Of a DNA stretch of 64,000 nucleotides, positions 39,901 to 51,900 are shown piece by piece (the first letter of the stretch is position 1; each line of letters starts with the position of its first letter). A program made the translations under genes and the position numbers. The DNA is from Tubulanus polymorphus (taxonomy: Eukaryota > Animalia > Nemertea), in contig NC_134033.1 in assembly GCF_964204645.1 (NCBI RefSeq), positions 266,031-330,030 on the forward strand, written 5' to 3'. The notes under the pieces are model-generated. The model worked only from the letters and a program-made list of their open reading frames with translations. It had not been told where the DNA came from and did not search any database.

Positions 39901-42900
39901 ATCAGTAAAATTGTGAAAAGAAATTAAATAATATATACATATAATCAATGATAAATCAAATCAATAATGATTAAATATGTAACAAATTCTATCCATTAAA
40001 TACATTTACATCTTTTTCTTTCAGATTTTCCTGTTGAAATTCTGACGAACGATAATTATACGGGAAAACCTGACATTAGAACACCAGGAGAAATTGTAGA
40101 ATATACTTGTAGAACAGTTGAAGGGAGGCCCGATCCTACAGTGATATACCAGCAGAAGAGAAAAGGTTCTGAACAATGGCAGCCAATTCCTGATCCACAA
40201 CCTCTTAAAGTACCTCACAAAGGGGGTTTTAACACGACCTACAAGTTTAAAGCTGATTTCAAACTGCACAATGGAACCTCATTTCGATGCGCTGTAAAGG
40301 AGAACCTTACGTTTCCAGAACCTCAGCAATTCAATCCAATCATCGTTTATTGTAAGTAACAGATTTATTTTTCTGAAATATCTTCCATAGAAATTGGCTT
40401 TGGGTTTGAGCGATGGTACAAACCTCTTGTCGTAGTAGATCTATGATCTACCCTGAACATGTCACGATGACATCAGGTTCGAATCCCTCCCGATGGATGA
40501 TGGGTCTACTATGTCAGGGTTTCAGAAACCTTAAAAACTTTTAACTTTTGCTTTTATCAGATTTTGCACCAGATTTCAAGAAAGACGGTGAAAATGAAAC
40601 ACACGCGGCGTATATTGTAACAGTTAATAGTAACCTATTGACTCAACAAGTTACATGTGACCCTCCAGCTGTCGTTCAGAAACTATCAAACTCTCAGTGG
40701 AATATAACCATACCTATCCTAAACAGTATGGTAACTGACTATAGAGGGCGCTGTTTGGCTGACGGTATTAATGAAAGGGCCATTTATGTCGCTCGTTATC
40801 ATAACGCCGGTCCAACTGATAAACCAGGTAAGATTCCGGGTCAGAACTGGATAAGTTTTATCTGAATCTGAACAACTGCTCGAAGTCATCTCCTCTTGAC
40901 CTGATGAATTGCTTCAGTCGTCATCGGAAAATTAATTATATTCAACTGAGGTCATCTCTATTTTTTGAGTTTCAAGATATTTGTGATTTAATTGACTAAG
41001 TGTAACCTATGTGTTAAAAAGTCTTATCTGAACTAGAATTCAGATCAGTTATTTTTTTCATTTTATCACGTGTCACATTTGAAATGTACCACATATATTT
41101 GATATATGCAATATTCAAAATGCTGTAACTTCTATTTAGACGCCAGTTAACCCCTGAACACGTGTTTGTTATTTCAATTGCTGATTTATTGAAATTGTAG
41201 TTGTCGATGGATGGAATGGAATAAAAGTGGCTGGTGTTGTAATCGGTATATTGATATTACTGATTCTGATTGTACTGTTTATTCTGTGGCGTCGTGGCTG
41301 CTGTAAGTTTTACATAAAACCATCATTTAATCTGAAGAAAACAATAATTTAACCATGAACGAAGTCAAAACGGAACGTGATATTCCTAAATGAACAGTAG
41401 TAGAATTGATATTGAAACAAGCAGTATTTCTGATTTTAGACACTTGGGACTTTAGTCCCAGCGGGCTATCGCGTTCATTTGTCGCCCGTCCACCCGTCCG
41501 TTCGTAGACAGAATCCAGTAATTTTTGAAGACGCTGTTTTACACATATTTCAAGTTTTCGAGGGAAATTTTGAAGACGCTTTTATTATCTTGATCATATG
41601 TATTTGTATCCCCCCAGGGCCCATCAGCATAAGAAAAAAAGGGTCAAATGGACACAAGATGACCGTCCTGTGACTTTTTTGTGCCCAAAAATGTCATCTG
41701 GTTTGTAATTTTTCATTTAAATTTGTGCTGGCTATTCTGTGGATTGGAATCTTCAATAGCTGGTACAGGTATTTTTCATCAGCCAATTATGACGCAATTG
41801 GCGGCCATCTTGGTGTCATTAGTACTCATTCGTAGGTGGGAAAAAGTTTTTCCACATTATATTGATACCTAAGCGTATTTTGTTCCAACAATCAATTGCA
41901 AAATTGTAACTCATGTCATCGTCTATGATTGTGGTGAGTTTCAAGGTCATAAGTTATTCTATACGGTTACCAGGGGGCGTTGAATATCGAAATTGTTAGG
42001 TTGTTGAGCATTTGAAACCACTTTCCAAGCAAATGGTGTCCCTGAACCCCTAGTTTAATTTACAGTCACGTGTTTGGATCCGAAACCTAAAGATGTGATT
42101 GAATTGTTGCGTTGGACAAGTGAAACCTGGTATGAAAAAGGTAAGATTCTCTCACATGATTTACTGCACATATTCTCAGATATCGGTTTGATAATTTTAG
42201 GTGTTTTTTTTTTCTTTGCAGATCATGAAAATTGGGTGAAAACACGTGACCGACCGCAGCCAGGTATTTATAGAATTATCAACCTTTTGATACTTAAAGA
42301 TATTTTAATTAAACGAAGTTCATTAGTAAATCCATATAAAATGTTACTCGATATTTTCTATACTGTGATTTTGCTGTTTTATTTTACTTCCATCTATAAG
42401 TTTTGATAATCTCTGAGCGAATGATGTATTTTTAATATAATTCTAACTCTTGAGACTGAATGTCTGTGATATTCTCAGATCATCGCTAAACAGTAATCGG
42501 ACACTTCATTCCTAGACTATTCATTTATTTTCTGTCAGATAACGATTATTTTTTGTTGTACTTTTCTTCTCATCAGATCTCATCCACTGATGCAATCAAT
42601 CATGCAATGTTGCTCATAATTCGAAATCATATCAAATAGATAATTATCCATTTAAAAACATAACAGAATTATAAGATCAGTTAATTATCACATATAAATT
42701 CGGCGGCCATCTTAGAGTCATCAGTCCTCGCTCATAAGTGAAAGAGTTTTTTTGAGGAAAATATCAACAGGTTTTTAATTTATAGTCTTGATATAAGATT
42801 ATTATTAGCACTTTAAGAGGATACGTCTCCTCACGTGAAATTGAGTTATCCGGTTGTCTATTCTAGCCACCAGGGGGAGTTGATTATTGAATCATATACG

Positions 42901-45900
42901 AATTATTTATTGGGATATTTTATCACAATCAATCGCAAACTTATAATTGTTGTGATTTTAATTTTTTGCTCGAGAAAATATAACTTAAAATTGTTCATTC
43001 ATCAAAAACTTGATTGTTTGTGACGCCAATGTCTTCATTTGAAAGCCAATTAATTATAAACAACTTTTTTATAGAAACTGTTAGAATAATAAAAGATGTT
43101 TACGGAACCGAGAATGATTGGGAGTTAACGAGAGATAAGGATAAACAAGGTAAGAGTAGTGACTGGTAAGAGAAGTGAGTGGTAAGAGTAGTGAGGGGTA
43201 AGAGTAGTGACTGGTAAGAGTAGTAAATGGTAAGAGAAGTGAGTGGTAAGAGTAGTGAGGGGTAAGAGTAGTGACTGGTAAGAGTAGTAAATGGTAAGAG
43301 AAGTGAGTGGTAAGAGTAGTGAGAGGTAAGAGGAGTGAGTGGTAAGAGTAGTGAGTGGTAAGATGAGTGAGAGGTAAGAGGAGTGAGAGGTAAGAGTAGT
43401 GAGTGGTAAGAGGAGTGAGTGGTAAGAGTAGTGAGGGGTAAGAGTAGTAAGAGGTTTAGAGTAGTGAGTGGTAAGAGGAGTGAGTGGTAAGAGGAGTGAG
43501 AGGTAAGAGGAGTGAGTGGTAAGAGGAGTGAGTGGTAAGAGGAGTGAGAGGTAAGAGGAGTGAGTGGTAAGAGGAGTGAGTGGTAAGAGGAGTGAGTGGT
43601 AAGAGGAGTGAGAGGTAAGAGGAGTGAGAGGTAAGAGGAGTGAGTGGTATGAGTAGTGAGGGGTAAGAGTAGTGACTGGTAAGAGTAGTAAATGGTAAGA
43701 GAAGTGAGTGGTAAGAGTAGTGAGTGGTAAGAGGAGTGATATAAACAATTCACAATTGAACAAATACTTTTTATATTTCATTTCAGAAAAAGGTATCAAA
43801 GAATCCGCGTTCCAACAGTTATCACGTGATCAAAGTAAGCTATAGTTTGTGTTAGTTTAAGTTCATGTACATGATTACATGCACATGTCACATAAGTGTA
43901 CATGCACATGTTTGTATTGTTTAAATGTACATATATCAGTTATGTGTGAATTCATACATGTCAGTAACATGTGAATGTGAGTTCAATTAACACGAGTTTA
44001 ATCAATATATTTTCAGACATGTTAGATTTGGTCAAAGAAATTCTAAGTAAGTTCAAGATATGACTCGGTATTTCCTCTTCAACTCGAATCTTGGATTCAA
44101 ATGTGTTTATAATTATCTATTGACAGGAAAATACTTTAGAATAAACAATTTAGAAACGAAACTATCAAATGATATCGGTAAGATTTGATTGAATACAGTT
44201 ATTGATGTATGAGTTTATTGATTATTATTCTACTGTCAACTCATTTTGTAAATGTATTACAGATACATTACTGAACAAGAAGAGGTCAATAGATGGCGCT
44301 GATGCAGTTTACAATAGAGATGAAGGTAAGTTATTATCATACACTGTTCATAGACGAAATCAATTATTCTGCTTTACTGATTAAAATGAAGCAAATCTCA
44401 TTCAAGATGGCCGCTGGGCCGCCTTTTGGCAATGTTAAAGAGGCCTATACCGATTCTGGAAAACCTTTCTGGGGGTTTCGTTTCAACCAAAATACTTCGT
44501 ATACATTCCGGAATAGTGTAATCCGTAAACCGGATTGAAGTGACCGGTTAAGAATTTGTAATCTGGAATTGATATTCCTAAACCTGAATATTTACAATCA
44601 AAACCTGTTTTGTTGCAATTTCTGGTCTAAATTCCGCATTTCATACATCGAATTTGAGATGTTTTACTCACGCGTGCCAGAATATCACTAATTCAACAGT
44701 TGTTAATAATCCATCCTTGGATTAAACAGAACTAATATAGGTACATTCAAACTCTTATTATTGTTATATGCTGATGATACGGTTATACTCGCCGAGACGC
44801 CAGAAGGACTTCAATGTGCCCTTGATAATATTTCTAATTACTGTCATGTAATGCATATCGGAATTAATTATGAAAAAACGAAAATTGTCGTCTTTAGAAA
44901 AGCTGTCAATGTAAGAAACTTTGTTTGGAAGATTGATGGACAAGTAATAGAAAGTGTAAACTGTTTTACATACTTAGGTATGGATTTCAATTTCAATGGA
45001 AAACATAATGTAACTATCAACAGTCTGGCTTCTCGGGGAGTATCAGCATAATATAATTTCAGAAAATACCTTCTGCAGTATCCAAAAGTCACACCCAGGC
45101 TAGCCATTAAATTTTTTAACAGCCTCGTGGTACCTGTCTTAACTTATGGCTGCCAAAATATGGGGTTTCAAAGAACAAAGAAAACTAGAGAGAATCCCTC
45201 TCAAATTTTATAAATACCTCCTGGGAGTTAAAAACTCAACACCTGATAACTTTGTATTTAGTGAAATTGGTAAATATCCAACACATATTCAGCAAAGAAT
45301 GTTAATTGTGAAATATTGGCTTAATATACATAAAACTAAACCCGAGAAACTAACTAAGCTGATGTACAATCAAATGTTAGATGATATCATACGTGATCAC
45401 CGTGTAATTAATAAGCTTCTTTGGTTAGAGATCTATTGAATGGCCTAGGATATGTGGAATCTATGTGGAAAGGCTTTCAATCGCCTTTGGTATATATTAT
45501 GTATTCAATGTATTTATATACTTGAATTATTTACCCGCCATACATTATCATGTAATTGTGTCATATCATTAAAAAAAATTATATTTTTTTGATATAATAA
45601 ACTAATAAATTAATATAAATCCCACAATGAGAAAGAAAAATTAGTCCGACTTACAACAACAAAATTAAAACAAAGAGCAAAGAGACTAATTGAGATATGA
45701 TATTGATTTCAATTGAACTAATTTCATCTTAATTTCTTTAATTCAGATGAAGCACATGTTAGTTTTATAACGCAATTGAATGAAGAGAAAAGACCCCTGA
45801 CAGACAAAGAGAAACAGTTCATCACAGATGGTCAGTAAAACTATGAATTATAACATAGTCTTACATTTTGAAAAAGGTGCTTCCTTTCTGAAGAGAAGCC

Positions 45901-48900
45901 ATTGCAAATAATAGAAGCCTTTGAAAATAATGTAGTTTCTTGTGAGTTTCAGATCCCCAGTAAACAGTTATAATGATGAATTTATACATTTTCAGTTGGT
46001 TCAGCAGTTGAGACTATTGTTGATTTGTTTGCTAAAATGTCCGGTAGGTTCCATAAATCATTTCAGTAAAAATACTGTGGAGTTTGTTGTGGAATCATTG
46101 AATAATTGATTGTGTTTATTTTTAATGTAGATGCTGAATTATGTGAACGAGGAATATTGAACATAAAACGTAGGTTCTAATTATCATTAATCCGTAACAG
46201 TTCACACCGTTGTTTTCACCGCTACTAAATAAGATAATTTTGAGATCTCCACGGTCGATACTTGGAGTATCCGAAAACCCGACAAAACCAACACTAAACA
46301 AGTCAGATCAAAAATATCTACGTTATAATCATTGCCAAAGATTCACTATTGTAATTATCATATTTAAACTACAAAAAATAACATAAACAATAACATAAAA
46401 ACCCACTATGTACAAATTAAAAGAGTTTTTAAAATCGAGAATTTATTTATTCAAACAATCTAAAATATAAGAACACGATGTTTCAATCTCACACAAGTGT
46501 GACGATGATCTCTAGTGTGAGATCGAAACGTCGTGTATTTCATATTCTAGATTGGTTGAATAAATAAATTCTAATAGATTAAGTTCACTGTACATTTATA
46601 TGTGAATTCTCTGTACATTAACATATGAGTTCGCTGTACATGTACATGTGAGTTCTCTGTAGTATTTGTAATTTATGTGCTAAACACTTTTTCTTTACAT
46701 TTCAGCTACTGTTGAAATTGCTGGTAAGTTATGATATTCACTATGATGTTTAAACTGATGCTGTTCAATTAAAACTGAAATATCCCTGTATCATTTTGTA
46801 GAAAACTATGTGCAAGAAATACTTAAAACAGAAGTCAAACAACAGAATGGTGAGTGTAATCTATCAGGGGGAGGGGGGAGGGGGTACTTACAACTGTAAA
46901 CTGACTACAAATTAAACACATTTTGATCAATTACAGGAAACCTCGTCACACAAATAGAAAACCAGAAAGTAACTGATGAAACAAAGACAGGTTTGTTGCA
47001 AGTTAATCTTATTATCATAATTTATCCATAATCGATTCAAATGTTAATAGTAAATTGTGTGTGATTTTTTGTCAACTGAAAAACTTAATATACAATTTTT
47101 CCCCGCAATGTCATTATGTCTGTTTTACAGAAATGAGAGTGGCTGACAGGAACCGTTCTGTAACAGTCAAATGTGGTAGGAATAAAAATGTTATCATTCG
47201 AAAATTATTTTAAAATGACAAATCGTTTTGTATAAATTGGTTCATCTTCTGAGGTTCAATAAAACCATCGGTGCCACCGATTGATGGGGAATATTTATAC
47301 GATCAAATTCATTCACTTCAATACGAGAAATGAAATATTAAATTCTAGTTTGAACTGATCCGGTCACTATTCATGTTATTCTATTCATATATTCATTTGT
47401 AGAATCAGTTTTATTGGCGTCAAGTTTGCAGAAATTAGAAGAGAACAAACATTCTACAGAACTAGATAAAAGTAAGTGTAAACTTTCTTTGTCCCTTGAG
47501 CTAAATTTAAAGAGTATTTGAGAGGCATCTGTTTTGATTCAGAACCAAGTTTTAAGTATTAAGAATGTAACTAGGTCACAGTTTGTATCGATGTGAATAT
47601 GTTTTGGACCGAGTTCATCTCAGATGATTGAAATCAGTTGTGTTTAAACACAAGAAAGTTACGCAGTATCATCGGTTCAAAATCAATCATAGCACTAGGA
47701 GCCGTCCCTTTCTCTAATGGATGGCTCCAAGAATATCCAAGAAAATCAAGCTGTATCATCGGTTCAATTGTCAGTCATCAAAAATCAATCATAGCGCGAA
47801 GACACCGTGTTTTGATTATCATATGCATATATCCAATAAAGGGTGGCTTCGACATATCCACATCACATCATCATAAGAGGATGGCTCCGTGTGGATTTCT
47901 GTCAAAATATTTTAATAAGGGAAATTATTTTCTGATTTGTTTATTTTGTTGTTCAACTGTTTTTTCAGGTATCTATGAAATAAGCCGAGATGTTTTAGGT
48001 AAGAACTAATTAGTAACAAACTATAAGTATGGTAGTTAAGGGTTAAAAGCAGAAGCTTACAAACCAATAACTAGCAGACTTTTATATCGCTAGTAGATGT
48101 AGCAAGCAATTTGTTGGATCAAATTTGTTTTCAGATATTTGAAAATTAAAAGTGTTGATGCCTCAGTATTGGATACCATGTTAGATTAAACCTAATAGTG
48201 ATTTGTGTTCTCTTTTTTCAGAGATCAAATTGAAAATTGCAGTTTTCAAATCTATCAAAGGTAAAAGAGGTCTTTATATATATTAGGCGAATTCACACGA
48301 CGGGCAAAAATTCCGTTCCAAGTTGGTCTGGTTCGAAATAGGTCCGGTCCAAATTTGGAACGGACTAAATCTGTATGGGGACAGAAACTGGTACCATGAA
48401 CCCATAAATCTATCATTTAGGTATGAACGCACTCAGATTTGGTCCGGTCCAAATTTGGACCGGACCAATGGTGCGGACCGGTTGTTTTCCATGATATTTT
48501 CTCGAATAATTTCTAGAATTGTACGCTGGGCGAGGTGAAAGATTTCAGAAACAACTCAAAGAGAAACTGAAACAAGAGGAAAATGAAGAGAGTAAAAATG
48601 AGGAGGAAATGAACAGAATAATTCACAGTTCAGTTTGTCAGGCGTTTAAATATATCACTGATATGGATGAAAGTAAATATCGATTTTATACATGTACTCA
48701 ACATGCACATGTAGTATTTTTACATGTTTCATATAGCAGGGATATGTTGTAACCATGTCAACCAATAAAAAGGGCATATATTCTTAATTCAGGGCGGAAA
48801 GGCATATCGGCAAAATTTTTGAAATTTTACAATCATTTTGGAGCTTTCTGAGCATCTCTGAGAGGCATTTAGTCAAGAAACATAGGTTATATATTTCGGA

Positions 48901-51900
48901 AAAATATCTATTGTGTATCTCAGGTGGTTACAACGGCAAATTTTGATACAGAGAAAAAAAATTCCGACCATATCGGGCAACACGGTGTAAATCAGCCCCT
49001 GTATGGGGACAAATGCTTAATGTAGTTTGATAAAACATGTTTATAGAGACATGTTCGTAAGTTATTCACATGCATTTCTATGTCACATGTTCTTGTCAAC
49101 GAACGAACGTCGAATGAATGTAACGATGATTTTTCATCACGGATTGATTTATTGCTGAATTCATGTTCAATTACTATTTGTAATTTCAGAGAAATTAAAG
49201 GAACGAGGAATCGTAGCTTATAGAAGTGAGTAACATTCATGTTTGAAGTTCAAAGTGCAAATTATATTCTACAAATAAATACGAGTTTTTTAGACTTAGA
49301 TTTAAATCAAAAGAAGTAAGAATTAGATATAGTTTAAGTTGACTGTACGAATAGACCTGCTTAGATTAACGCAATGTTAGAATTATTGTTGTTTTTTGTT
49401 TTTCAGTAAAAGATGAAACAGCGAGTAAGTACTGATAACAACTTACACGTTCGAGTCACATAAATAGATACGTGATATGTTATGAAGAGAAAAAACCCAC
49501 AATTAATATATATCTAAAATAAACTACTCTTGTTTATTCCTAATTTTTTGGGTGGAATACATCCACCAATCTTCAGAGTTTATTTGAAATATGGTTCAAT
49601 AGAAGGGAGTTGCCAAGTCACACCAGGATATTTAACAGAGAATAGGACAAAATTAGATGAAGGAAATGACGTAAGGGAAAAAACAAGAGTAGTTGTCTTA
49701 GATCTACGTATTGTGGGTTTTCCCTTCGTGACATTCAAGATTAAAAATAATCTCAACTATTTACAAATATATGTCTCAAATAATAGTGGTCCTTATTTAG
49801 TTCTAAATCCATCAACACTGTTCCGAGCAATCAACACTTAACTTTAGGAACTATTACTGTCATCAGGGTTTCGGCAAACAGTCAAGTGTTTGACTCGAAA
49901 TCAAAAGCAGCGACGTTGAACCTAAATAAACAAATCTCTGAAGATGGATAGTCTACAATTTCACTGACAGATTTTCCTCACTGGCCTTCAATATTACTGG
50001 CCTTTTATAAAACAGTAATGAATATTGATTTTCTACTAGTTAATCAACTGAATTCGTAGATGTGAAAGAAGAACATGTTTCCCTTTACCTACAGTTATCT
50101 AAAGTGTGTTTATTCTGTTTCAGTGAAGCAAATCAAACCAATTATTGCAGACAGAATCGAAACAGAATTTAAAGGTGAATAAAATGGACTTTGAGGTGTT
50201 TTGATTGAAAAATTAAAACGGTACTGAGTAAGGGTGAAGGTCAACCGGTACTGAGTAAGGGTGAAGGTCAACTGCATTTTGCTCTCCTAGTTCATGGAAA
50301 TTTATCAAAGTAGAAAATAATTCTACCGATCAAATAAGAAAGTAGCGGAATCACTTAAAAGAAATACCTTTGTACGTTGATTAATTCAATGGCAGATTTC
50401 AATTCAAAAACGAAAAACAAACTGTTATTATACTCGGCACGCCTGATGTGTATTTAGCCGAAATGTTGCTCAAAATATTCATTCTCGTCTTGATCGGGGA
50501 TGTAACAAAAATGAGGATCGATTTACCATCAATTGCATCGTTAAAGATTATATCACAATGTTAATTACTAATGTTAGTCAAATCTCGAATTCTAGATTAT
50601 ATTGTGGCATACAACATCGAGTTTGCATTTTCTAAATTTGTTTTTGCTCTCCTCATCAAATTAACTTTTATACATTATTTACATTTTTTGCAGAAAAATT
50701 AAAGACAGTTTTTGATGAGAAATATAAAAAGGCTCGCAGCAGTTCGTCACTCAAACACTGGACATACGATATATCTGGCGCGAGTAAGTTCACAGTGAAA
50801 TCAGTTTGTGATTTATAATAGAATTCTATTGTATAAAAACTCGTCTATTATTTATCACATATAGTGTCTGTACTCAGTGAATTAGCCGGTAAAACTCTAC
50901 AGACAAACACAGATTATTGGAAACGAGTCAAAGAATGTTTCGGTAAATAATAAATTCCTGTTTTACTTCGGAATTTTGTTCATGTTTTTTTTTAAATGAT
51001 TTAATTCTAAGTATTGAATACTAATTGTTTGTTTTGTTTGAATAGGAGATGAAATTAACAGTGAAACAAATAAAACTGAACTTGAAAAAATAGGTAAATA
51101 TCAATACAATAACAATTCATTATTCAATAATAAACAAAAATGTTGATTCAGAGTTAGTGGAGTTGGAACCAAATATGTAAAATCGCGGTACATTTTTAGC
51201 CCACTTGGAAGACAATTCCCAGCGGGCTATTGCGTTCACTATTCGTCCGTCGTCCGTTCGTTCATCCGTCCGTTCATCCGTCCGTAGACGGAATCCAGTT
51301 ATTTTGGGAAGTTTTGAAGACGCTTCAAGGTAACGTCTTGATATTTGTGTTACACCCTAGACACATCTTCAGCCCAAAAACTGGCCCTGTCAGATTCAAG
51401 ATGGCCGACTGGCAGCCATTGTTGTTTGCCAAAATCAGCACTTTTTACACATTTTCGAAGTTTTCGTGGGAAATTTTGAAGACGCTTTGATCAATTAGCT
51501 TGATCTTTCGGATATATTTGTAGCCCTCAAGGGCCCATCAACATAACAAAAATTGGGTCAATCGGACACAAGATGGCCATCCTATGACTTTTTTTGGCCA
51601 AAAATGCCAATTGTGACCTGAATTCTGAGTCCTGTAGCTACCTAATGGTTTGCCATTTGCAATTTGTGATCGGCATTCTTGGGAAAGGAATCTATAATAC
51701 CCGAGACAGGTATATTTGATCAGCAATTGGCGGCCATCTTGGTGTCATCAGTACTCATTCGTAGGTGGGAAAAGGTTTCAAAATCAATTGCAAAGCTGTA
51801 GCTCAATTAATTGTTAATTTTACTTTATTCAATTTTATTCTCTAAATTGCAAGGATTGAATCCAGTTTAATTTATTCATTTATTTATATATATTTTCAGT

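Noticed and set aside
43100-43799. Long L/T/H/S-rich ORFs
   Set aside because: Stop-free translations of an intronic minisatellite.
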